Part shown: piece after piece, positions 13,501 to 26,059 of the stretch | Numbering within the stretch: position 1 is the stretch's first letter | Layout of the letters: every line of letters starts with the position of its first letter | DNA from: Neocallimastix sp. 'constans' | Taxonomy: Eukaryota | NCBI GenBank assembly: GCA_050613775.1 | Contig: JBODTK010000150.1 | Span: 124,001-188,000, forward strand | Direction of reading: 5' to 3' | DNA: 64,000 bases | Translations under genes and position numbers: made by a program | Notes under the pieces: generated by a model | What the model was told of the DNA's origin: nothing | What the model saw: the letters and a program-made list of their open reading frames with translations, nothing else | Database searches by the model: none

Positions 13501-15808
13501 AATAATTTTATCTTCAGATGTTAATTTATCGAAGTTAGCAGAAAATGAAGCAAAAAAGAATTTAACAAAAGAACTTGTTTCAGTTCCTCTTCCAAAAACA
13601 TTAATTACTCGTACAGTACCTGATTGTTTTGCAGATGAATATCTTCGGTATAATCCTGTAACTTTGAATTCTATCCCACAACAAGGTTCAGAATCAGTAA
13701 ATATACCAATTAATTCAAATCAAAATAAATCGGCTCATGGCATATCCTCTCTAAATGATAATTCAAATTCTTTTTCACAAAATTTTGATTCATCTTATAC
13801 CAATAAAATGAAACATTTATCTTCAAATGATATTCATTTATCTTCATCCATTACTCAAGAATTTCAAACTAATAATAATTCACAGCAATATATACCAAAA
13901 CTTACTCCAAAGAATAGTCAAATAAATCCATCACCTATGTCATCTTCAATTAATTCCTTTTCACCTTCATTTTCACAAGTCTCTTCCTCTCCATCACTCT
14001 CTATATCACCAATGAGCATATATGATAATAAAAGTCATAATTCAATATTATCATCTTCCCCGTCTATTAGCCAACTTACATCAAAATCTTCCAATTATAT
14101 ACCACCAAATGACCAATTACAATATAGATCTTTTGGTCGATCTTTATTGGCAGATTATTGTAGTAATGGCTATCAATCAGATTTTGCATTGATGGGTTGT
14201 TCACGGTTTAATATTGAAAGAATAAAAAGAGATTTGGAAGCCTCTATAAGATATTCTTACTTTAGTAAGCCAATTAATCATTCAACTTGTATTATTGCTG
14301 ATGTTGATAATTATCAATGTCATATCATAGAATGTATTGTAGATGATTCAGTTGAAGTTGATAATGAAACTGGTATAGATAATTTAGAGAATGAAGAATT
14401 AAGAAAATATCATTTAGATAATAGTAATAACGATAATAGTAATAATAAAACAAGTTCCATAAAAAGTTCAAATCAGAAACATAGTAGTTTACAGAATAAT
14501 ATTCCTAGTATAGAAATCAATAGTAAGAGTATGAAAAATAATGGAAGTAGAAGTTGTAATCATCGAATTAATGGTACTAATAATAATGGTCGTTATTTTG
14601 GTGCATTCAGAAATAATTATAATAATAGTAATGGAAATAGTTTTGATGATAGTAAAGGATCACATGAAAATAGTTCTTCAACAATTAATTTAAATAATTC
14701 GAATACCTCCGGTATACCCATTAATATTAAAAATAATCAATCATCATTAAATATCAGAAGAAATCATGATTATCATAGTCCTTATTCACCTTATGGATCT
14801 AATTCATTATCTTTTTCATATAATAGACATCGTCAAGCACAGGTATTTATACCAACCATTACTTCTTCATCCAATTCCTCAACCGATCTTTCTCCATTAA
14901 AATTTAGAATTGATCATCCACAAGCTTCAAATTTTATTATAAAAATGTTGACAGAATTAAAAGGTAATATTTAATCATTTATTTATTTATTTTTTATTTA
15001 TGTAACTTATATATATATATATATTAATTCTATAATAAAATCTCTATTTAATTTTATACATATACATTATTCAACATACTAATTTTAATAAATTGAAAAA
15101 AAAAAAAAAAAAAAAAAAAAAAACATTCAAATATTAATATAGATTTATATAATAATGGTTTACCACCTGAAACTGTAAGAAAATTTTATTTTATTTCATA
15201 TATATATGTATATAAATAATTTTAAAATAAGTATTTTAAATTTATTTCTTTTTAATACTAATAAATTATTTTTATTTTTTTTTTTTTTTTAAATGTATAT
15301 TTATATATATATTATTAAATAGTGTACTATGTATATTGAAGATCAATTAAAGGATTTGTGTTATGAAAGTATATTAGTTGCATCATTTTTAAAAGATAAA
15401 AAAGAAATATTGTATTCAGATTTAATTAAGACATGTACAGAAGTAGGGTAAGAATTATTATTATCATTAATTATTATTATTAATTATTATTATTATTATT
15501 TTATATTATATATTATTTTTATTTATTAAATTTTTTTATTTAATATTTATTATATAATTAAATTAAATAGATTGGATCCTTCTGATATTTCTCTAATTAC
15601 TGCTATATTAAGTATAAATGATGAACGTTACTTACGAATTAAAAATACCAATATATCACCAGATAGTTCGTTTAGTAATAGTTCAAAAAGAAGTGGAAAT
15701 TCTAATTCTTATAAGGATTATTCCTCTTCTTTTGCATCATCAATATCATCCTCTTTACTAAATCAACGCTTTTCAACACGTTTAAAGCAAAGATTTTCAC
15801 AACATTAG
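10563..15808 (+). CDS. FNIP1: Folliculin-interacting protein (FNIP1/2, yeast Lst4) homolog, about 7 exons
   Basis: Motifs KIRVIVFQD..LPLFD, ELLGEIMFGTAPIAYKG..TKVH, FFFTHF.LLENH, SPRIQKPLWLTMM, VLAYHISWVTTV, KLLYILTYFIRCSEL, FGRSLLADYC, DPSDISLITAI match FNIP N/M/C domains. Exons approx 10563-10630, 10715-11000, 11379-12116, 12561-14963, 15143-15174, 15322-15447, 15571-15808. Confidence 0.88.
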
Positions 15809-16137
15809 ATTCATTTTATTTATTTATTTATTTATTTATTTCAATACATATATATAAATTTGACATATTAAAAAAAAAAAAATAATAAAAAAATAACAAT
15901 TAATTTTTAATTAAATTCAAAAAACAATTCATTTAGTCCTATTTTTTATTTTTTATTTTTTATTTTTTTTTATTTTTTAAATCATAAAAATTTATATCTT
16001 TTATTTTAACCTTTTTTTTTTAATAATTAATTATCATTAATTTCTTATATATTTATTAAAGATATAAATTTTAAAAATATAAATAATAATTAAAATAAAA
16101 AATTTTTTTTTTATTTATTAAACCTACAAATGAAATT

Positions 16138-16202
<65 letters not shown>

Positions 16203-16623
16203 ATTTTATTTTATTTAATATTTTTTTTTTTTTTTTATTTTGTATATTTTTATTTTTTTTATTTCTAATATCGTTATATTTTTTAACATATTAAAAAATA
16301 TTGTTTTTTAATTTACTATATCATAAAATAATAAATAATATATAATTAATAAAACTAACCAAAAAAAAATATATATATATATAAAAATATAAAAATATAA
16401 AAATATAAAAATATAGAAATATAAAAATAAAAATAAAAATAAAAATAAAAATATATAAAAATGTAAAATAAAAATAAATATTATTAAATACCTTTTTATT
16501 ATAGTTATATATTAAATACCCCCTTCTCTTTTAATTTATTTATTTATAAACTCACTACTTTATTTCTATTTTATCTTTCAGTTTTAATATAATATATATA
16601 TATATATTATTAAAGTGTAATAA

Positions 16624-16663
<40 letters not shown>

Positions 16664-16771
16664 AAATAAAATAAAATAAAATAAAAAAAGTGAATATTAC
16701 TAGAATAAAAAAATATGAATGAATAACATAAAATATATGAAATATATATTTAATAAAACAATTAATAATAA

Positions 16772-16808
<37 letters not shown>

Positions 16809-16945
16809 TACTATTTAATATTAAAATGAATAAAAATAACATATAGAATTCATATATATATAAAGATATACATTATGAAAGAGTATATCAATTAAACTAA
16901 ACTAAGAAAGAAAGGAAAAAATAAAAAAATAATGATAAAAAAAAA

Positions 16946-16983
<38 letters not shown>

Positions 16984-17494
16984 TAACAATAACAATAATA
17001 ATAATAATAAATAAATAAATAAAACAAAATAAAACAAAATAAAATAAAAAATTAAAATAAAAATTAAAATAAATATAAAAATAAAAAAAAATAATAAAAT
17101 AATAAAATAATAAAAATAATAAAATAGTAAAATAATAAAGAAATAAAAAAATAACAAAAATAATAAAAAAAATAAAATAATAAAAAAATAAAAAATTAAA
17201 AGTAATAAAAAAATAAAAATAATAAAAAAATAAAAATAATAAAAAAATAAAAATAATAAAAAAATAAAAATAATAAAAAAATAAAAAAATAATTAAATCA
17301 TTAAATAATTAAATAGATAATAAAATAATAAAAAAAGCTTTAAATAGACGGTTGGAATTATTTTTTTTTTAGAAAAAAAAAAAAAAAAAAAAATAAATAA
17401 AATAAAAAAAATATATATATATATAAAATAATTTTTTTTTTTTAACTTTTTTAAATTTATCATTATTTTAATCCACCCCTAATAAAAAAACTGG

Positions 17495-17501
17495 AAAAAA
17501 A
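17495..17501 (-). terminator. Pol III oligo(dT) terminator of tRNA-Ala
   Basis: T7 run 10 nt downstream of the tRNA 3' end on the minus strand. Confidence 0.7.
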
Positions 17502-17511
17502 CTTAACTCAC

Positions 17512-17583
17512 TGGAGATATCGGGGATCGAACCCGAGGCTTCTTGCATGCAAAGCAAGCACTCTACCACTGAGTTATATCCCC
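17512..17583 (-). tRNA. trnA: tRNA-Ala (anticodon TGC)
   Basis: Reverse complement GGGGATATAACTCAGTGGTAGAGTGCTTGCTTTGCATGCAAGAAGCCTCGGGTTCGATCCCCGATATCTCCA folds as a cloverleaf with a G3:U70 pair, TGC anticodon and GGTTCGATCC T-loop. Confidence 0.96.
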
Positions 17584-17597
17584 AGTTGTTATTTTTG

Positions 17598-18606
17598 TGG
17601 TAAAGAATGAATTAATAATCTTTATTTTATTATTAATAATTCTTTACTAAATTGTACTTTCCTATATTCTTCATAACCTAAACCTCATTGTAAATTTAAT
17701 TTATTTTGATATAAATTAATTTTAACTTGTAAATAATGTAAATAAATTTTAATTAATTACTTTATTGTTATATTATTAAATATATGTATATATTAAAATA
17801 CAATTGTAAATATTAAAATTATACTTTTAAGATACTAAATTATTAAAAATATTAATTAAATATTATTATAAAAATTATTATAAAATTATTAAAATTATTA
17901 ATTAAATATTATTCTAAAAATTATTATAAATTATTAATATTATAAAATTATTAAAATTATTAAATATTATTATAAAAATTTATATATTATAACTATTAAA
18001 TATTATTATAAAATTATTAAGATTATTAATTAAATTTATTATTAAAAATTATTATTAAAAATTTTTACTTATTATAAAAATTATTATTTAAATATTATCA
18101 AATTTATTAATTAAATATTATAAAAATTTTATTTTATTTTGAAAATAATTACAAGTATTATTTAAAATAATTAAAGATTATTAAATTTATTATATTAATC
18201 TTTAAAAACAATTTATTTAACTTAAAAATATCAAAGAAAATAGTAAAAACTATTTTCTATATATTTATTTTATAATTATTTTTAATTAAATTATATTTGA
18301 ATATTATATTATTATATTTATAAAAATTAAAACAAAAATGAATTATTGATATAAAATTAATTCAATAATTCTATAAAATTACTTAAATTATAAACAATTA
18401 ATTATACTTTAAATTTATAAAAATATTGTAACAATTTCTTAAAAATTAAATGGGTGTACTTTAAATAAAAAAACTTTTATATTAATAAAAAAATAAAATA
18501 ATTCTTTATTAAAAATTATTTATTTTTTATTTAAAATCAAAGCAGGGTAATACCCGTCCCCCCCTGCTTGATTTTAAATATCTAAGTGTCAACCCCGAGT
18601 CTACCA
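17598..18606 (+). mobile_element. Solo LTR, family alpha (tRNA-proximal, unit 1)
   Basis: TGGTAAAG...TCTACCA, near-identical to the LTRs of 19906-25087; TSD tttg on both sides; starts 14 bp upstream of the tRNA. Confidence 0.93.
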
Positions 18607-18610
18607 TTTG

Positions 18611-19901
18611 TGATGCAGTATTTAAATAAAAAGAGAATATTATCAAGAAATAAAATTAAATTGTTAAAATTAAGATATAAAATAGTTTTATGATCAATAA
18701 CGTTACTAGGTTAATATGTTGAATTATATATTAATAATCCAACAATAATTAATTAATAATAATATAAAAATAATATAAGATAAATAGTTAAGTTATTTAA
18801 ACACTTAATATCTAAGAATATTTTAAATAATAATTTCTTTGAAGGATTTATGAAAATATTTATTTATTGAATTATTAGTATATAATTATTGTAAGTACAA
18901 TAACCTTACAAAGAACATAAAAGATAGATTTTTACATCTTTCTTTTATACTTTGTAAGTTACATAATAATAATATTTAATTATAAGATATTAATAATATA
19001 GTAATATGAATATTAATAAAATATTAAGATAATAACAATATCGATATGTTTAAAATATTTAATATAACTAAATAAATTTAATTTATAATTATATAATTAA
19101 TTTGAATAATTAAAAATAGTAGTTAATATATATGATGTAAACATATATATAAACATAATATAAATAAATACATGTGACGTCATATGTAGATAATTGAAAT
19201 TATTAATATAAATCTTATTTACTAATATTCTCAGAATTATTAGGCCTAAGATAATTCCTTAAATATTAAATAAGAATTTATATTAATTATTAATTATTTA
19301 AATATATATATTATTTATAATTAAATAAATAATATTTGTTAACTATTGAAATGTAAATAACTGAAATTGAGATTTCAATTCAGTTATAATTTCAACATAA
19401 ATATAATAAATAATTAGTTAAATTATATATGTATATTATAATAATAAATAGTAATATAAAAATTATTAAATTTATTTAATTAGTTAATAGCCAATAGGAT
19501 TTAATTTATAGTAAATTAGAAATTAGAAATATAAAAGAAAAATTATTATAATTCTTTAAAAAAAAAGGAGGTTTTTTAATTTAAAAAAAAAAAAATAGAG
19601 ATAAAATTGGTTAAAATAAATATATTTGGGGAATATATTTATTTATCAAAAATTTTAATAGTAATAAGTTAGTTAGAAATAAATAATTAATAAGATCTTT
19701 AATAACATTTTATTATAAAATTTGTATTACGACATAAATAATTTAAATAAATAAATAAAACGACAAAACTATAATTTTTTTTATATTTTGTTTTAATATT
19801 AACGTGTATTGTAATTATATATTTTTATATTAGAATATATTTTTATTTAATACAATCTTGCTAACCACAAAAACATTGATACTTATAAAAATAACGTATC
19901 A
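18611..19901. mobile_element. Solo LTR (unit 2) hosting a nested LTR
   Basis: TGATGCAG...CGTATCA termini, TSD tttg on both sides. Confidence 0.8.
18662..19397. mobile_element. Nested solo LTR, 5-bp-TSD class (inverted copy of the 42061 family)
   Basis: TGTTAAAA...TTTCAACA, TSD taaat (18657-61, 19398-402); reverse complement of 42061-42749. Confidence 0.88.
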
Positions 19902-20933
19902 TTTGTGGTAAAGAATGAATTAATAATCTTTATTTTATTATTAATAATTCTTTACTAAATTGTACTTTCCTATATTCTTCATAACCTAAACCTCATTGTA
20001 AATTTAATTTATTTTGATATAAATTAATTTTAATTTGTAAATAATGTAAATAAATTTTAATTAATCACTTTATTGTTATATTATTAAATATATGTATATA
20101 TTAAAATACAATTGTAAATATTAAAATTATACTTTTAAGATACTAAATTATTAAAAATATTAATTAAATATTATTATAAAAATTATTATAAAATTATTAA
20201 AATTATTAATTAAATATTATTCTAAAAATTATTATAAATTATTAATATTATAAAATTATTAAAATTATTAAATATTATTATAAAAATTTATTTATTATAA
20301 CTATTAAATATTATTATAAAATTATTAAGATTATTAATTAAATTTATTATTAAAAATTATTATTAAAAATTATTACTTATTATAAAAATTATTATTTAAA
20401 TATTATCAAATTTATTAATTAAATATTATAAAAATTTTATTTTATTTTGAAAATAATTACAAGTATTATTTAAAATAATTAAAGATTATTAAATTTATTA
20501 TATTAATCTTTAAAAACAATTTATTTAACTTAAAAATATTAAAGAAAATAGTAAAAACTATTTTCTATATATTTATTTTATAATTATTTTTAATTAAATT
20601 ATATTTGAATATTATATTATTATATTTATAAAAATTAAAACAAAAATGAATTATTGATAAAAAATTAATTCAATAATTCTATAAAATTATTTAAATTATA
20701 AACAATTAATTATACTTTAAATTTATAAAAAAATATAAATATTGTAACAATTTCTTAAAAAAAATTAAATATGTGTACTTTAAATAAAAAAAATTTTTAT
20801 ATTAATAAAAAAAAAATAAATAACTTTTAATAAAGAATTATTTTTTTTTTTATTTAAAATCAAAGCAGGGTAATACCCGTCCCCCCCTGCTTGATTTTAA
20901 ATATCTAAGTGTCAACCCCGAGTCTACCAAAAT

Positions 20934-20951
20934 TGGTGGAGATATCGGGGA
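20934..20951 (+). promoter_or_regulatory. Primer-binding site for tRNA-Ala(TGC)
   Basis: tggtggagatatcgggga is the exact complement of the last 15 nt of the 17512-17583 tRNA plus CCA. Confidence 0.93.
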
Positions 20952-23900
20952 AGGCTTTAATTGATTCATGTAGTAATTTAAGTATAATTACTCAACAATT
21001 TTTAGATAAGCTTCCGTCCGAATATGAACCTATTGATATTAGTCGTGGCAGAATTAGGTTGGCAACTAAGAATGATGATTACTCGGAAGGTTATATCATT
21101 CGGGTGCCAGTAAAGATTAATAATCTTGTATTAATGGTTAATTGTAGAATAGTAGAAAAGGAGGATCCTTTTTACGATATTCTAATTAACTTAAAAACCC
21201 AAATTGATTATAATTTGTTTATCCACCCCATTTTATATAGTTTGTGTCAAATTACTCCTGAGGGAGTAATTGACGTTATTGCACCTATTAATAATGATTA
21301 TGAAGATGAAGAAAAGTTGTTGTGTATGATTAAGGCTTTGGATGAGGATTCCAAAAAGAATGATTTAAAGAAAATTGAAGGATTATCTCCAAAGCAATAT
21401 ATTCATCATGAAATTTTCCTAAATACTTTAAATGAAAAATATAAAGATGAAATAATTAAAATTCTGGAGGAGAACTTAGAAATAGTTGCTACTTCTTCAG
21501 AAGAATTAACACCTTCTGATCTTCCTCCACATAAGATTAATTTAATTCCTGGTGCGAAACCAGTTAAGCAAAGGTGCTATAGATTAGTTAAATTTAAGTC
21601 GGATATACTTAAGGAGGAATTAATTAAATTAATTAATAAGAAATTAATTGAACCTTCTTGTTCCGAATGGTCATCGCCAATAGTGTTAGTACCGAAGAAG
21701 AACGGTAAATGGCGATTATGTATTGATTATCGTAAGGTTAATGATTTAACAGTTAAAGATTCTTATTCATTACCTTACATTGATGAGATATTTGATAGTT
21801 TAGATGGGGCACAGATTTTTACAACAATGGATCTTTACTCTGGTTATCATCAAGTTTTGATGGATGAGGAAAGTGTAGAAATTACCACCTTCACCACAAA
21901 ATTTGGTAACTACCAATTCAAGGTTATGCCTTTTGGTTTAACCGGAGCCCCAGCTACATTTCAAAGGGAAATGAATAGGATTCTTTTCCCATTTATAGGA
22001 AAGTTTGTTTTTAACTTTATAGATGATATTTTAATATACTCTAAGAGTATAAAAGAACACATAAGCCACATTAGGCAAGTGTTGGAAGTATTTCGCCAAC
22101 ACAAATTGAAAATTAACATTGAAAAATGTGCCTTTATGCAGACTGAAGTAGAAGTCTTAGGTCATAAGGCATCAGTGAAAGGTTTAAGTCCCCAGGATAG
22201 CAAAATTAAGGCTATCAAGGAGTGGGTAGCACCTGTTGATGTTCATGAATTACGATCTTTTCTTGGAGCAGTAGGATATTATAGAAACTTTATTGATAAA
22301 TATGCTCAAATCTCTGCTCCTTTATGTAAATTATTAAGAAAGAATGTTAAATATAAATGGAATAATGAACATCAACAAAGTTTTGATCTGTTAAAAGAAA
22401 AGTTAATAAATGCTCCAATTTTAAAATATCCAAGTTTTAATCAAAGGTTTATAATTAGAACGGATGCTTCCTATGAAGGTATTGGAGGAGTATTACTCCA
22501 AGAAGATTTAGAAACCAAAAAGGAACATCCAGTTCATTATATAAGTAGAAGTTTAAGTAAAGCCGAGAAAAATTATGGCATTACTGACTTGGAAGGAGCT
22601 GCATTAATTTATTGTATTACTAAGTTGAAATCTTATATATTAGGAAATCCTAATAAAACAGTAGTAATAACAGACCATAAACCTTTAATCAGTTTCTTTA
22701 AAAATAAGGAACCTAATAATGCTAGGCAAGCAAGATGGTGCTTAACTGTTAGTACCCTTGGTGTTGAAATTCAATATCAAATGGGTAAGAAAAATGTGTT
22801 AGCCGATGCATTATCTAGAATGAAGAAAAGAGCTGATTCTGTGGTATTGGCAACTAAGTTAACTTCAAAGGAAGAAGAAGAGTTGCTTTCAAAAACTATT
22901 AAAGACTTTATAAATGAAAAATTTGTTACGATAGATGGTGAAGATTACTTTGTTGATGGTAATGACTATCGTAAATTAATTACTGATCAAACGGAAAGAG
23001 TAAAACTTATTTTAGAAGCCCATAAGATAGGTCATGAGGGATATTATAAGACTTATCAAAGGCTTCGTAAAAGTTTTTATTGGAATAATATGGTGATGGA
23101 TATTAAAAGAGTGGTGCAAAGTTGTGACAAGTGTCAGTTGAATAGGTCACAACCATATCCAGAACCTACAGAAAATATTCCAACTAAAGTAGAAGGTCCT
23201 TTTATACATTTGGGTTTAGATATTATTGGACCTTTGATTAAAACGAAGAATAATAATCAATATATTATGGTTGTGGTGGATTACTTCACCAAATGGGTTG
23301 AAGCAGAACCCACGGAAAATATAACATCACAGGATGTGATTAAGTTCTTAATTAATGTGTTTGCTCGTCATGGTGTTCCACAGGTAATAACAACTGACAA
23401 TGGTGTTCAGTTCACCTCGGACATGACGAAAATATTTTTAGATCTCTATGATGTATATGTGAAGTTTATTTCCACATATCATCCTGAAAGTAATGGACTT
23501 ACGGAAAACCGTAATAAAGAGATCGGCAAGTTATTGAGGTTGTTGGGTTCTAAGAATAAGGATTGGGATGAAGTTTTACCATCCGCCTTATGGGCTCTTA
23601 GAACTACCAAAAATAAGGTAACAAAACATTCAAGTTTTGAGTTGGTTTATGGTAGGGAGGATCAGCAGCCTTTTGATATTGCTGCTAGACCTACCAAGGA
23701 TATTAATAAGTCATCGGATGAAGTGTTGTTAGAAAAATTTATAAATCATTACCGATGGACTTTAGAAGCAGCCGAAAATGTTAAAAATGCAAATAAGTAT
23801 TGGGCTGCTAGAAGAGAGGAAAAGAATAGTTTGAATGAAGGAAAAAGAATTAGGGAAGGTGATTTAGTTCTAGTTAGAAATTTTTCAAGAACTAAACTAG

Positions 23901-24040
23901 AACCTTATTTTGTTGGTCCTCTTAAAGTTATAAAAAAACAATTTAATACGGTTACCTTGGCTGATCCAAATTCTGGAATTCAAATGAATAGGAATGTTCA
24001 TTTGAAGAATATAGTCAAGTATAACTCAGCTTCGATGTAG
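20948..24040 (+). CDS. pol: Pol (partial protease, RT, RNase H, integrase), 5'-truncated
   Basis: LIDSCSN protease, WSSPIVLV/RLCIDYR/MPFGL/FIDD RT, TDAS RNase H, HHCC and D,D35E integrase, GPY/F-like KLEPYFVGP; PR-RT-RH-IN order is Ty3/Gypsy. Confidence 0.92.
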   Translation, partial: GKALIDSCSNLSIITQQFLDKLPSEYEPIDISRGRIRLATKNDDYSEGYIIRVPVKINNLVLMVNCRIVEKEDPFYDILINLKTQIDYNLFIHPILYSLCQITPEGVIDVIAPINNDYEDEEKLLCMIKALDEDSKKNDLKKIEGLSPKQYIHHEIFLNTLNEKYKDEIIKILEENLEIVATSSEELTPSDLPPHKINLIPGAKPVKQRCYRLVKFKSDILKEELIKLINKKLIEPSCSEWSSPIVLVPKKNGKWRLCIDYRKVNDLTVKDSYSLPYIDEIFDSLDGAQIFTTMDLYSGYHQVLMDEESVEITTFTTKFGNYQFKVMPFGLTGAPATFQREMNRILFPFIGKFVFNFIDDILIYSKSIKEHISHIRQVLEVFRQHKLKINIEKCAFMQTEVEVLGHKASVKGLSPQDSKIKAIKEWVAPVDVHELRSFLGAVGYYRNFIDKYAQISAPLCKLLRKNVKYKWNNEHQQSFDLLKEKLINAPILKYPSFNQRFIIRTDASYEGIGGVLLQEDLETKKEHPVHYISRSLSKAEKNYGITDLEGAALIYCITKLKSYILGNPNKTVVITDHKPLISFFKNKEPNNARQARWCLTVSTLGVEIQYQMGKKNVLADALSRMKKRADSVVLATKLTSKEEEELLSKTIKDFINEKFVTIDGEDYFVDGNDYRKLITDQTERVKLILEAHKIGHEGYYKTYQRLRKSFYWNNMVMDIKRVVQSCDKCQLNRSQPYPEPTENIPTKVEGPFIHLGLDIIGPLIKTKNNNQYIMVVVDYFTKWVEAEPTENITSQDVIKFLINVFARHGVPQVITTDNGVQFTSDMTKIFLDLYDVYVKFISTYHPESNGLTENRNKEIGKLLRLLGSKNKDWDEVLPSALWALRTTKNKVTKHSSFELVYGREDQQPFDIAARPTKDINKSSDEVLLEKFINHYRWTLEAAENVKNANKYWAARREEKNSLNEGKRIREGDLVLVRNFSRTKLEPYFVGPLKVIKKQFNTVTLADPNSGIQMNRNVHLKNIVKYNSASM

Positions 24041-25091
24041 CTTGAGTTTTAGAGGGGGCATCATGGTAAAGAATGAATTAATAATCTTTATTTTATTATT
24101 AATAATTCTTTACTAAATTGTACTTTCCTATATTCTTCATAACCTAAACCTCATTGTAAATTTAATTTATTTTGATATAAATTAATTTTAATTTGTAAAT
24201 AATGTAAATAAATTTTAATTAATCACTTTATTGTTATATTATTAAATATATGTATATATTAAAATACAATTGTAAATATTAAAATTATACTTTTAAGATA
24301 CTAAATTATTAAAAATATTAATTAAATATTATTATAAAAATTATTATAAAATTATTAAAATTATTAATTAAATATTATTCTAAAAATTATTATAAATTAT
24401 TAATATTATAAAATTATTAAAATTATTAAATATTATTATAAAAATTTATTTATTATAACTATTAAATATTATTATAAAATTATTAAGATTATTAATTAAA
24501 TTTATTATTAAAAATTATTATTAAAAATTATTACTTATTATAAAAATTATTATTTAAATATTATCAAATTTATTAATTAAATATTATAAAAATTTTATTT
24601 TATTTTGAAAATAATTACAAGTATTATTTAAAATAATTAAAGATTATTAAATTTATTATATTAATCTTTAAAAACAATTTATTTAACTTAAAAATATCAA
24701 AGAAAATAGTAAAAACTATTTTCTATATATTTATTTTATAATTATTTTTAATTAAATTATATTTGAATATTATATTATTATATTTATAAAAATTAAAACA
24801 AAAATGAATTATTGATATAAAATTAATTCAATAATTCTATAAAATTACTTAAATTATAAACAATTAATTATACTTTAAATTTATAAAAAAATATAAATAT
24901 TGTAACAATTTCTTAAAAAAAATTAAATATGTGTACTTTAAATAAAAAAAATTTTTATATTAATAAAAAAAAAATAAATAACTTTTAATAAAGAATTATT
25001 TTTTTTTTTATTTAAAATCAAAGCAGGGTAATACCCGTCCCCCCCTGCTTGATTTTAAATATCTAAGTGTCAACCCCGAGTCTACCATTTG

Positions 25092-26055
25092 TGGTAAAGA
25101 ATGAATTAATAACCTTTATTTTATTATTAATAATTCTTTACTAAATTGTACTTTCCTATATTCTTGATAACCTAAACTTAATAATAAAATTTAATTTATT
25201 TTGATATAAATTAATTTTAACTTGTAAATAATGTAAATAAATTTTAATTAATTATTTTATTGTTATATTATTAAATATATGTATATTAAAATACAATTGT
25301 AAATATTAAAATTATACTTTTAAGATACTAAATTATTAAAACTATTAATTAAATATTATTATAAAAATTATTATAAAATTATTAAAATTATAAAATTATT
25401 AAAATTATTAAATATTATTATAAAAATTTATATATTATTACTATTAAATATTATTATAAAATTATTAAGATTATTAATTAAATTTATTATTAAAAATTAT
25501 TATTAAAAATTTTTACTTATTATAAAAATTATTATTATCAAATTTATTAATTAAATATTATAAAAATTTTATTTTATTTTGAAAATAATTACAAGTATTA
25601 TTTAAAATAATTAAAGATTATTAAATTTATTATATTAATCTTTAAAAACAATTTATTTAACTTAAAAATATCACGGAAAATAGTAAAAACTATTTTCTAT
25701 ATATTTATTTTATAATTATTTTTAATTAAATTATATTTGAATATTATATTATTATATTTATAAAAATTAAAACAAAAATGAATTATTGATATAAAATTAA
25801 TTCAATAATTCTATAAAATTACTTAAATTATAAACAATTAATTATACTTTAAATTTATAAAAAAATATAAATATTGTAACAATTTCTTAAAAATTAAATG
25901 TGTGTACTTTAAATAATAAAATTTTATATTAATAAAAAAAAAATAAATAACTTTTAATAAAGAATTATTTTTTTTTTATTTAAAATCAAAGCAGGGTAAT
26001 ACCCGTCCCCCCCTGCTTGATTTTAAATATCTAAGTGTCAACCCCGAGTCTACCA
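25092..26055 (+). mobile_element. Solo LTR, family alpha (unit 4)
   Basis: Same sequence family and termini; TSD tttg. Confidence 0.92.
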
Positions 26056-26059
26056 TTTG

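Larger units (their letters stand above)
19906..25087 (+). mobile_element. Ty3/Gypsy LTR retrotransposon, family alpha, internally deleted (no leader or gag) (unit 3)
   Basis: 1024-bp LTRs 19906-20929 and 24064-25087, primer-binding site (PBS) 20934-20951, G-rich polypurine tract (PPT) 24051-24058, TSD tttg. Confidence 0.95.

Noticed and set aside
16142..16200. Long poly(A) run as a retroposon tail
   Set aside because: No body or TSD; homopolymer runs are ubiquitous in this window.
20909..20947. GTG start and MSTPSLPKLVEIS N-terminus of the 1043-aa ORF
   Set aside because: Read-through of LTR U5 and PBS sequence created by the deletion; not a real pol N-terminus.
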